Shown here: one piece after another, positions 25,917 through 35,500 of the stretch
Numbering within the stretch: the first letter of the stretch is position 1
Layout of the letters: each line of letters begins with the position of its first letter
DNA from: an uncultured virus (IMG/VR IMGVR_UViG_3300028800_000077)
Taxonomy: Duplodnaviria; Heunggongvirae; Uroviricota; Caudoviricetes
Direction: 5' to 3' (one strand)
Length of the DNA: 64,000 nucleotides
Virus record (IMG/VR): IMGVR_UViG_3300028800_000077
Translations under genes and position numbers: made by a program
The notes under the pieces: model-generated
The model's input: the letters and a program-made list of their open reading frames with translations, nothing else
The model's database searches: none
Told to the model about the DNA's origin: nothing

Positions 25917-27701
25917 ATGGCCAAGACGCCTAAGCCTCGGGCACGACGCAAGCCCAAGGCCAAGCCGGCATCGGTGAACGTCCAGCAGGCCGCGCTGGAC
26001 GCTCTCGATACCGTCACGGAGATCAAGCCGTGGATGCGTATTCCCGACGACGCGGTGTTCCGCGCCGGGCTGCGCAGCCGCAACATGATCCCGAACGCCT
26101 TCCGCATCCCCAAGCCGCCGCCGGGCGTGGTGCCCGAGGGCGCGAAGCTGGCGATGGACAGCAGCCCGGTGATCGAGGCGAACGCATGGGCGGCGAACTC
26201 GGTCTACAACGCGGCCTTCGTCAACGGCACGACGTTCCTCGGCTATCCCTACCTGAGCGAGCTTTCGCAGGTGCCGGAGTACCGGCGCATCTCGGAAGTG
26301 CTGGCGACGGAGATGACGCGGAAGTGGATCAAGCTGCGCTCGCGCACGAAGGGCGACGACAGCAAGACCGCGACGATTCTCGCGATCACAGCCGAGATGA
26401 CCCGCATGGATGTGCAGGGCGTCTTTCGCAAGCTGGTTGAACTCGATGGGTTCTTCGGGATCGCGCATCTCTACATCGACACGGGTGATGGCGAGAACCG
26501 TGACGAGTTGAAGCTGCCCATCGGCAACGGCCGCAACGAGCTATCGAAGCTCAAGTTCGCCGGCCGCAAGGGCTTCCTGCGTGGCATCAAGGCCATCGAG
26601 CCGCTTTGGTGCTACCCGAACGAATACGACTCGATCAATCCGCTGTCGTCGAACTGGTACAACCCGCAATCGTGGTTCGTGCAGGCCATCGAGACTCACG
26701 TCTCCCGCCTGCTCACCTTCGTCGGCCGCGATGTTCCCGACCTGCTCAAGCCGGCCTATCTGTTCGGCGGTCTGTCGATGTCGCAGATGGCCAAGCCGTA
26801 CATCGACAACTGGCTGCGCACGCGGCAGGCGATTGCCGATCTCATTTGGTCGTTCAGCGTTCGCGGGCTCAAGACGAACATGGCCGCCTCGATGGGCACG
26901 GGCGGCGATCAACTGTTCAAGCGGCTTGCCTTGTGGGCGAAGTTCCAGACGAACCAAGGCTTGTTCGTCATGGACAAAGACACCGAGGATTTCTTCAACG
27001 TCGCCACGCCGCTCGGCACGTTGAACGAGTTGCAGGCGCAGGCGCAGGAGCACATCTGCAGCGTCACCGGCATCCCGGTCGTGATCCTGCTGGGCATCCA
27101 GCCGGCTGGCCTGAACGCTTCGAGCGAAGGCGAGTTGAGCGCGTGGTATGCGTGGGTCGAGGCGTTTCAGGAGAAGTTCTTCACGGAGAAGTTGGGCCGT
27201 GTGATCGACTTCATCCAGTTGTCGCTGTTCGGCCAAGTCGACCCCGACATCACGTTCGACTACGTGTCCCTGCGGCCGATGTCCGAGAAGGACAAGGCGG
27301 ACTTGCAGAAGGTCAAGATGGACACGCACTCGACGGGCGTGCAGGCCGGCATCATCGATCCCGAGGAGGCGCGCGAGAGCTTGGCCGCCGACGAGGACTC
27401 GTTCTACGACGGCCTCGTGCCGAATGACGTGCCGCAACAGCCGGGCGCGGCTGGCGATCCGCTGGCGCAGCCGGGCGGCCCGAGCGCACTGTCCGGCATG
27501 CCCGGCGTGCCGCCGCGCGATCCGCAGAAGGAACAGGACCGCCAAGACCGTGGCGACGACCCTGCGAGGCAGGAGCGCGGGCGCGAGGATGGTGGCGAGC
27601 CGAGGCGCGATGACGACCCACGGCCTGCGGGCGACCGCACAGAGCGTCTTGCGCGGCCGGATGGCGGGCGCAGCACGCGCCAACTGGATCAAGCGGCATA
27701 A
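25917..27701 (+). CDS. Portal protein (DUF1073/HI1409-like)
   Basis: FLGYPYLSELSQ.PEYR..SE..A.EMTRKW, IP...LLGI.PAGLNASSEGE; position after TerL; low-complexity tail. Confidence 0.88.
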   Translation: MAKTPKPRARRKPKAKPASVNVQQAALDALDTVTEIKPWMRIPDDAVFRAGLRSRNMIPNAFRIPKPPPGVVPEGAKLAMDSSPVIEANAWAANSVYNAAFVNGTTFLGYPYLSELSQVPEYRRISEVLATEMTRKWIKLRSRTKGDDSKTATILAITAEMTRMDVQGVFRKLVELDGFFGIAHLYIDTGDGENRDELKLPIGNGRNELSKLKFAGRKGFLRGIKAIEPLWCYPNEYDSINPLSSNWYNPQSWFVQAIETHVSRLLTFVGRDVPDLLKPAYLFGGLSMSQMAKPYIDNWLRTRQAIADLIWSFSVRGLKTNMAASMGTGGDQLFKRLALWAKFQTNQGLFVMDKDTEDFFNVATPLGTLNELQAQAQEHICSVTGIPVVILLGIQPAGLNASSEGELSAWYAWVEAFQEKFFTEKLGRVIDFIQLSLFGQVDPDITFDYVSLRPMSEKDKADLQKVKMDTHSTGVQAGIIDPEEARESLAADEDSFYDGLVPNDVPQQPGAAGDPLAQPGGPSALSGMPGVPPRDPQKEQDRQDRGDDPARQERGREDGGEPRRDDDPRPAGDRTERLARPDGGRSTRQLDQAA

Positions 27702-27838
27702 GCTCTGCGGCCGGGGACGCTCGGCTGAGACGACCAACCGGGCGCTCCACTATTCAGGAGCTTGCGGGTTGGCACGTGACGCAGACGTCTGAACCACCGC
27801 GCCCGGCGGCACCGGGCCTCTATCGGAGTTAGAACCCG

Positions 27839-28213
27839 ATGAACGACGTGAAGAAGCAGATTGAGGGCCTGATCATGAAGGCCGGCGCGGTTCTCGACTC
27901 GAACGATGCGATGAAGTTCGCGCAGGCAGCGCTGAACGCATCGAATGCGATGGCGTGCGAATGGATGCACCCTGTTCGTCTATCGACGATGCGGGGAGGC
28001 GGCGTCGTGATCGATGCCGCCATGTGCAAGCTCATGGTCGACCGCTTCCTGCGCTGGAAGCTGCCGCTGGGCTTCGCGCCAGACGCAGGGATCAAGTTCG
28101 ATAAGCCGTCCTACATGGCGCTGGGCGACGACATGCCGACAGGCACGAACCTGTTCAGCGCCGATCAGGCGGCGGCGATGGTCCGCTTCATGATCACGGG
28201 CATGACGCAATGA
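27839..28213 (+). CDS. Conserved phage protein
   Basis: MVDRFLRWKLP..F.PD.GI.F, PTGTNL. Confidence 0.6.
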   Translation: MNDVKKQIEGLIMKAGAVLDSNDAMKFAQAALNASNAMACEWMHPVRLSTMRGGGVVIDAAMCKLMVDRFLRWKLPLGFAPDAGIKFDKPSYMALGDDMPTGTNLFSADQAAAMVRFMITGMTQ

Positions 28214-28410
28214 CCTTCGCCCGCGTCGGCATGATTCGCTTGGATGGTCGCTACTTCGCGATCTCCGTGCCGCAGGAAGTGCTGATTCGGGCGGGTGCGG
28301 TCGACCGCATGTCGGTGCCGGGTGAGCCCGTCACGATGCGCGGTGTGACGATGCAATTCGAGGAGATCGAGCCGATCTTGGCTCGGCCGCCGAGTGGCGA
28401 GATTTCGTAA
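28210..28410 (+). CDS. Hypothetical protein
   Basis: ATGA coupling. Confidence 0.45.
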   Translation: MTFARVGMIRLDGRYFAISVPQEVLIRAGAVDRMSVPGEPVTMRGVTMQFEEIEPILARPPSGEIS

Positions 28411-28429
28411 CAGCGAAGGGGTTCGCGCG

Positions 28430-28819
28430 ATGTGGCTTCCGATGGATGATCCGAGGCTTGAGAACTACAAGGACCAGATGATCATGGCGCATATCGTGCG
28501 CCAGCGTCAGACGGGCGACGCCAAGCCGGAGCATCTCATGATGTTTGCGCGCTGGCACAAGGACCTGCAGCAGTGGCTCGACATGACCACGATGCAGTCC
28601 GATGGCTTCGTGGAGTGGGCGTCGCTTCCCGAGACGTTTGCGCGCGAGAAGTTGAGCACCGAGATGATGGTGGCATGGGACCTTGGCTATCCGTTGCGCA
28701 CGGTCGAGGACATCATGCGCGAGGTTGATCGTCGGCGGGTGAACGAGGCGCAGGCGAACGGCGCGCACAGCGACGAGGGCGGCCTGTACTCGACGGCCAA
28801 GAATGGCGCGTCCGCCTAA
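28430..28819 (+). CDS. Hypothetical protein
   Basis: SD GAAGGG. Confidence 0.5.
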   Translation: MWLPMDDPRLENYKDQMIMAHIVRQRQTGDAKPEHLMMFARWHKDLQQWLDMTTMQSDGFVEWASLPETFAREKLSTEMMVAWDLGYPLRTVEDIMREVDRRRVNEAQANGAHSDEGGLYSTAKNGASA

Positions 28820-30242
28820 GTATCTGCCGGCGGTGCAGCCCAACGCCGGGCTGCGCGTGATGTACGACAAGCGGATCATGAAGCTGATCCGCAAGATGGT
28901 CGACGACGTGACCGACGCGGTGCTCAAGGTCTACGAGGAGAACCCGCCGCGCGTCGCCGAGCTTGCCGCCGCGATGGCCGAGGACGCCTTCGACCCGAGC
29001 GAGCGCCGCGACGAGGAGGGACGATGGACCGAGGGCGGCGGTGCAGGAAAGTCCGCTCAGGTGCATACGCCAGAGTTCAAGGCGTGGTTCGGAAAGAGCA
29101 AGGCGGCATCTCGCGGTGTGCCGATGGTCGTCTATCACGGGACCGGAGAACTCGGCATTAAGGAGTTCAACACGGAGACGGGCGCGTGGTTCTCCACGAA
29201 GCCGGCGCTGGCCGACAAGTATTCTGGCGCGAAGTCATATGGCGAGGGTCAATCGCCAACGGTTTATCCGGTGTTTCTCAAGATCGAGAAGCCGGTCGTG
29301 ATCAAGAAGGACATGAACGACAAATCGACCTACGCAGAGATACGCAAGCTCACGGGCTTGAACTTCACAGTCGGCAAGTACGGCGATGAAGTGGTCGACG
29401 GCACCGAGCAAAAGTTTCTGGTGCATCGGATCATTCACACGCCGGAGTTCGTCGCGGCAGCCAAGGCGGCCGGCTATGACGGCGTGAAGGTGAACGAGGG
29501 CAAGATACCGACGTTCGCCGTGTTCGATCCGAAGCAGGTCAAGAGCGCCTACGGCAACAAGGGCACGTTCGATCCGAATAGCCCGGTGATCACGGACATG
29601 GCGATGGACGAGCTACCGTCCGATCAGTTGCGCCGGCTGTTCAGGGAACTCTCGAAGCAGTGGCGCGCGAGCTTCGACACCGGGGCGCAGGAACTTGCGG
29701 AGTATTTCGCGCAGGCGGCCAGCCAGCGCAGTGACATGCAGTTGAAGGCGATCTTGACGAAGGCCGGCTTCGCCGTGGCGTTCAAGCTGACGCCAGCGCA
29801 GAGGGACATCCTCGAAGCGGTCGTGGCCGAGAACGTGACGCTGATCAAGAGCATCCCCGAGCAATACCTGACTGCGGTCGGTGGCGCGGTGATGCGGTCG
29901 GTGCAGACGGGGCGTGACGTCGGCGGGCTGCGCAAAGAGCTTGAGGAGCAGTTCGGTGTCACACGAAGGCGGGCGTCTCTCATTGCGAGAGATCAAAATC
30001 AGAAAGCTACATCCGCTTTCAATAGGGCGAGGCAGCTTGAGATAGGGGTGACAAAGGCGCGCTGGAAACATTCTCATGCGGGAAAGACGCCGCGCCCTAC
30101 GCACTTGGCAAACGATGGCAACCTCTACGATGTCGCGACTGGATGGTATGATCCGCACGAGAAAGAATGGATTTGGCCCGGTCAGCTTATAAATTGTCGA
30201 TGCACCAGCCAGTCATTGTTTCCGGGGTTGCAGCGTCCGTAA
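28803..30242 (+). CDS. MuF/gp7-type minor head protein with inserted ART-PolyVal-like domain
   Basis: PNAG..Y...I..LI..M N-terminus; [24 protein letters not shown].....[14 protein letters not shown]; insert [31 protein letters not shown]. Confidence 0.88.
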   Translation: MARPPKYLPAVQPNAGLRVMYDKRIMKLIRKMVDDVTDAVLKVYEENPPRVAELAAAMAEDAFDPSERRDEEGRWTEGGGAGKSAQVHTPEFKAWFGKSKAASRGVPMVVYHGTGELGIKEFNTETGAWFSTKPALADKYSGAKSYGEGQSPTVYPVFLKIEKPVVIKKDMNDKSTYAEIRKLTGLNFTVGKYGDEVVDGTEQKFLVHRIIHTPEFVAAAKAAGYDGVKVNEGKIPTFAVFDPKQVKSAYGNKGTFDPNSPVITDMAMDELPSDQLRRLFRELSKQWRASFDTGAQELAEYFAQAASQRSDMQLKAILTKAGFAVAFKLTPAQRDILEAVVAENVTLIKSIPEQYLTAVGGAVMRSVQTGRDVGGLRKELEEQFGVTRRRASLIARDQNQKATSAFNRARQLEIGVTKARWKHSHAGKTPRPTHLANDGNLYDVATGWYDPHEKEWIWPGQLINCRCTSQSLFPGLQRP

Positions 30243-30252
30243 TGAAGACCTG

Positions 30253-30390
30253 CACGTCTATCCATTGCAGGGCCGCACGGTTTGCGGTCTGCACGTTCAC
30301 ACCAACCTGCAGGTCTTGCCGGCCCGAGACAATCTGTCGAAGGCCAACAAGCTGCCAACGGAAAGGGACCAAAATGCGCTTTCATCTTGA
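30253..30390 (+). pseudogene. C-terminal remnant of HNH endonuclease
   Basis: [33 protein letters not shown]; no start codon after the in-frame stop at 30190-30192. Confidence 0.6.
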
Positions 30391-30598
30391 TCTCGCCGAT
30401 GGCTGCAAGTTTTCGATGCGGCCCACTGATCTTGGTATCAGCGATGATCAAGCCAAGTCCATCATCGCTGGCGAGGCCGACATGCACTTCGCGTCGGAGA
30501 TCGGAGCGATGCTCCACAATCACGCGGACTGGCTTCGCCGCGTCGCGCCGAGATCGGTCGACATGAAGCGCAACGACAAGGACTTCGAGGAGTGCTGA
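30374..30598 (+). CDS. Hypothetical protein
   Basis: SD AAGGGA. Confidence 0.5.
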   Translation: MRFHLDLADGCKFSMRPTDLGISDDQAKSIIAGEADMHFASEIGAMLHNHADWLRRVAPRSVDMKRNDKDFEEC

Positions 30599-30600
30599 GA

Positions 30601-30969
30601 ATGGGTCGCTGTATCTCTCTGCTCTGCGCGTTGCTCACCCTGCTCGTCACGAGCAAGGTCGAGGCGCAAGGGTTCAATCAACGTGCGGTGCTGTCGTTTA
30701 GCGCGAGCGGCGACAATACCGTCGTCGCTGGCCAGACGGGCAAGCGCATCTTCGTGTGGGGCTGGGACATCTCGTGCGCCACGCCGACGAACTTGACGTT
30801 CAAGTCCGGCGCGTCGACGAGCCTCACGGGCGCGATCCTGCTCTCAGCTTACAGCAAACCGCTCACGGCGACGGCCGCCTACCTGATCACGAACGCGGGT
30901 GACGCGCTGGTGATCAACGACATCTCGGCGACCGCGTGCGCTGGCATCCTTTGGTACAGCGTGCAGTAA
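30601..30969 (+). CDS. Secreted-type beta-sandwich protein
   Basis: Signal-peptide-like N-terminus ending VEA|Q; jelly-roll-like beta pattern. Confidence 0.6.
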   Translation: MGRCISLLCALLTLLVTSKVEAQGFNQRAVLSFSASGDNTVVAGQTGKRIFVWGWDISCATPTNLTFKSGASTSLTGAILLSAYSKPLTATAAYLITNAGDALVINDISATACAGILWYSVQ

Positions 30970-32246
30970 TGAAGTTCCGGGCTCTCCTCCTCGCGGTGAT
31001 GCTGGCGTGGGCATGGCCTGCGCTGGCGCAGAACGTCGGCGGTGGCATCGACAACGGATCGGGCGGCGGTGGTGGTGGTCCTCCGACCGGGCCAGCCGGC
31101 GGCGCGCTCGGCGGCGTCTATCCGAACCCGAACCTTGCCGACGCGGCGGCCAACACGGTCCTCGCGAACGCGACGTCGGGATCGACCGGCCCGACCCCGT
31201 TCTCCATGCCGTCTTGCGACACGGCCAGCAAGGCGCTGCAGTGGACGACCAACACGGGCTTCGCTTGCAATTCGGCAATCGCCGCAACCGTGGCCATTAC
31301 CGATGTGACCGGGCTCGGCACGGGCATCGCCACGGCGCTGGGCGTCAATGTGGGCAACGCAGGCGCTCCCGTGTTGTTCAACGGCGCGGGCGGCACTCCG
31401 TCCTCGCTGACGCTGACCAACGCCGCGGGACTGCCCAAGGCGAGCATCACGGGCTTCGGGACAGGTGTCTCAACGGCGCTCGGCAACAACATTGGAAGCG
31501 CTGGCGCTCCAGTCACTTTCAATGGTGCGGGCGGCACGCCTTCATCGATCACGCTGACTAACGCTACGTCGCTTCCGATAAGCACGGGCGTCTCTGGCCT
31601 CGGAACGGGCGTAGCGACCTTCCTCGGGACGCCATCGGCGGCCAACTTCACGTCGATGATGACTGGCCCGGTGAACGTCGCGGGCGGCGGCACTGGCAAT
31701 GCCACGCTGACCGCGTATGCGCCTGTCTTCGGCGGCACGACGGGAACGGCCGCCCTGCAGAGCGGCACCGTAGGCACCGCTGGACAAGTTCTGACTTCCA
31801 ATGGCGCGGGCGCTCTGCCGACGTTCCAGACGGCGGGCGGTGGCGGCTGCACGACCATCTGCACGATGACGTCGCTCGCGCTCAATGGCGCGAGCATTGG
31901 CTCATACGATTTGGCGACTACAGGGCAGGCGAAGTTTGGTGACACGATCACCATCACCAGCATGTACGTCCCATCTGGAAACTCTCAGTGGTATGTGAAT
32001 GGTGGTACGGCCCTGATCAATGCAACCACCGTTACGCTCAACACTAACAGCGTGTCTTGGCTTTTTAGCTCGTCGTCGATGGCCGGTCCGACAGGAAGCG
32101 CTCTTTCGACGGGTGCGCCTGCGGGCTCCAGTTCTCCCCTTTGGAAGTTCGGCGCGTTGCAGACTGGTGCGGTCGTACTGGACACGACGCGCTCGATCTT
32201 CGTCGACATCGGCGGAACGGTCTACAAGCTCATGGTGGCGCAATGA
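30969..32246 (+). CDS. Gly/Thr-rich fibre-like protein with signal peptide
   Basis: MKFRALLLAVMLAWAWPALA|Q; ~47-aa repeats; GGTG and GQVLTSNG fibre motifs. Confidence 0.7.
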   Translation: MKFRALLLAVMLAWAWPALAQNVGGGIDNGSGGGGGGPPTGPAGGALGGVYPNPNLADAAANTVLANATSGSTGPTPFSMPSCDTASKALQWTTNTGFACNSAIAATVAITDVTGLGTGIATALGVNVGNAGAPVLFNGAGGTPSSLTLTNAAGLPKASITGFGTGVSTALGNNIGSAGAPVTFNGAGGTPSSITLTNATSLPISTGVSGLGTGVATFLGTPSAANFTSMMTGPVNVAGGGTGNATLTAYAPVFGGTTGTAALQSGTVGTAGQVLTSNGAGALPTFQTAGGGGCTTICTMTSLALNGASIGSYDLATTGQAKFGDTITITSMYVPSGNSQWYVNGGTALINATTVTLNTNSVSWLFSSSSMAGPTGSALSTGAPAGSSSPLWKFGALQTGAVVLDTTRSIFVDIGGTVYKLMVAQ

Positions 32247-32509
32247 TCTCTCGCCAGATGGTTGTCGGCTGCGTCACGAACAGGTGGCTGCTTGCTGCAA
32301 TTCTTGCTGCCGCATACATCCTGACCGTGGGTCTTGCCTATGCCCAACAGGCGACGCCGCAGGATCACATGCTTAACGCCTACCAGCAGCTTTTGACGGA
32401 AGCGAACACGCGCATCGTCGGGCTGTCGGCCAAGGTGCAGATGCTCGAAGCCGAGGCGGCGAAGCGCAAGGCCGAAGACGGCGCGGCGGCGAAGGCTAAA
32501 GAGAAGTAG
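32243..32509 (+). CDS. Small coiled-coil protein with signal/TM segment
   Basis: Hydrophobic stretch ending AYA|Q then coiled coil. Confidence 0.55.
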   Translation: MISRQMVVGCVTNRWLLAAILAAAYILTVGLAYAQQATPQDHMLNAYQQLLTEANTRIVGLSAKVQMLEAEAAKRKAEDGAAAKAKEK

Positions 32510-32511
32510 CC

Positions 32512-35500
32512 GTGCCGCTCCAGAAGGGCTCGTCGCAGGCTGCGATCTCGGCGAACATCGCCGAGCTTGTCCGCGCGGGCCATCCGCAGAAGCAGGCCGA
32601 GGCCATCGCCGAGAAGACGGCGCGCGGCAACGACGATTTCAGCGACCTGATCTATCAGTTCCTCTCGCAGAAGGCGTGGTGGGACTACCCGCGCAAGCTG
32701 GTGAAGGACGCGGCCTCGAAGCGCAAGATCGCGAAGCTGATCTCGGGCTTCGTCGGCGACGGCTTCGATCCGAGCGAGCAGCGCGAAGCCGATGGCAAGT
32801 GGACCGCCGGTGGTGGTGGCCTCCAGAAGGGCGCTAAGAAAAACACCAAATGGACAGTCGCTCACGTCGGGAAAAACAAAGTAGAGGTCGCGATCAACCC
32901 CACGCAGGACGACATCGAGACGTTGCTCGCGAACGCTGACGACGACGATCCTTCGGTTCGACTGATCAAAGACACCGATGGGAAGGTGTACGCTTGGGAT
33001 GGGTTTTGGGCGACCCATCGCAGGATGGCGGACGTCCTTGGTATTACGCCGGACGAAATGGATGAGGGTTTTGGCTTCCCGTTGGCTTGGAAGGACGGGC
33101 GCAAGCTCAAGTTCACTGACGACAGCGGCAGCGTTATCGACAAGAAAGGCTGGATCGCTCAGGACGAATACGATCCGGGTGAGCCGCGCGAACAGGACGG
33201 CAAGTGGACGAGCGGCGGCGGTGGCGGTGGTGCTGCGCCCAAGCCCAAGGCAGCGAAGCCAAACCGAGAGAAGACCAACACGCCGGCCTTCAAGAACTGG
33301 TTTGGCAAGAGCAAGGTCCGAAGCGCCACGGGCAAGCCGCTCGTGCTGTACCACGGCACCACGGTCGACTTCGATCAGTTCGACCGCTCGAAGGCGAACC
33401 CGGAAAGCGACTGGGGCTCAGGTTTCTACTTCACTAACACGCCGGAAGACGTGTCGGTGAACTACGCCGGCTTCGGGCCGGACCTGACGAACAAGATTCA
33501 GAACCGCGCCGAGCAAATCGCAGGCGAGGAGGACAAGAACTACGACGACCCCGACATCCAAGCCCGTGCGCGTGCCGAGTTCGCACAGCATGAGGGCGCG
33601 GTGATGCCGGTCTACCTCAAGATGGACAAGCCGTTCGTGGTCGGTGGCGACAACGAGACGAGCTTGGACTACGAGGAGGAGCGCGACGACGAGGGCGAGC
33701 CGACCGGAGTAGAGAAGGGCACGCTCGTCGACTTCATCAAGAACCTTCGCGGGATCGCCGAGGAGTACCACGACGGAGACGTCGATGATCTGGTCGGCAA
33801 GCTGGTTGAGGCTGGCTATGGCGGCGGCATCTCGGCTTCTGATCTCTCGAAGCTCGCAAGCGAGGACGAGAAGTTCGGTTACTACACGGACGACGACGGA
33901 AAACTCGTCTCGAAGGAAATCCTGCGCCGCGCGCTGCAAGAGACTGGCTTCGATGGGATTGTAGATCACACCGTCGACACGAAGTTCGGAAGCTCGAAGA
34001 AGATCGGCAAGCCCATGGAGGGCGTGACGCCGGACACGACACACTACATCGCGTTCGAGCCGACGCAGATCAAGAGCGCCAGCGGCAACAAGGGCACCTA
34101 CGATCCCAAGTCGCCGAAGGTCAACGACGAATGGAACGAGGCCGATCATCCTCGCGGCCAGCCGGAGAATGCGGGCGAGTTCGCGAGCAACCCGAGCGGC
34201 GGCGCGTCGGCCCAGCCGCCGGCACCGCCAGCGAAGGAGCCGCATCCCGAGGTGGTGAACGTCGGCGGCGACTTGTGGAACAAGAAAACAGCCGGGCGTC
34301 TGGAGAACGAGTACGTCGCGGCCTATCCTGAGATCGACAAGATCGTTACGAAATCGGTCGGCGAGACTGCGCCGGCCGCCGCGAGCGAGGAAGACGAAGA
34401 CGAATCGGACGATGATGCGCCCTACATTCCCGAAGACTGGGACATGGTGAGCGACGACGACAAAGAGGAGACGAAGAACAAGTGGAAGCAGGACGCCTTC
34501 GATGACTTCTACAACAGCGAAGTCGAAAGCTGGATCGACAACGGCGACCAACTGAAAGAGTCCGTCGAGAACGTCGTCAACGATTTCAAGGATGGCAGCG
34601 AACGCGACTGGGCGCACGAGGCGATCCAAGACTACTTGGACGACAACGACGGGGAGAACGGCAAGGCGATCCCGTTCACGACCGAGCAACTGTTGAGCGC
34701 CATCAACGTGGAATCGGTCGATGCGGGAAAATACAGCGACAGCAAGGAAGTCGACGCGAGCTTCGACGAGGACGTGCTGGAGAAGTTGGCCGCCGCTGCC
34801 GGCGTGAAGCCGGACGTTCTCAGCGAGGACGTGCGGAAGGATTTGCTCGATGCCGTCAACAAGGAAGGCAACGCCTACGCCGAGAAGGTCGCCTACAAGG
34901 TCGATCCGCCTGAGTACCTGAAGGACGGCGTTGACGAGCAGGAAGAAGACTACTGGGATCAGATCGAGGACAAGCAGAAGTTCAAGCACGCCGAGCAGTA
35001 TCTAAGCCACAAGTGGGAGCAGGCCGTCTCCGATCACGGGGCGTCGAAGGACGATGACGCCGAGGGCGATGAGATTACGGCGCTCCCGAAGAAGTTCGAT
35101 CCGATGCAGTCGGATGAGGGCTCGCAGAATTACAAGCTGACGCAGCAAGTCGCCCGGCATGTGAGCGTCCAGCGCGCGGCCGACCTTATCAAGCAGCGCG
35201 GCCTGTCGAAGCTCTCGGCTGGCAATCTATTCGGGACCATCTCGCATCTGGATGGGAAGATTTGGCACGCATGGAAGGGCAGTTCCACAAGCCCCGACGC
35301 TATCGCGCTGCAGGTCGCGGTCGCTGACGAACTGGGCGGCCGGCTCTACGAGTTCAAGGATGTGTCCCGTCAGCGCGGCGTCGACTACGCCAACAGCAAC
35401 TACGCCAGCATCGGCGGCTACGAGGGCCTGAAAGCCTACGTCCGCGCGAAGTGGGAGACGACGCAGTACATGATGGACAAGGCCGGCATCCACACGGTCG

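Noticed and set aside
25917..27701. Anti-CBASS Acb1 nuclease fused to portal
   Set aside because: The C-terminal extension is low-complexity Pro/Arg/Asp with no paired HxT/S phosphoesterase motifs
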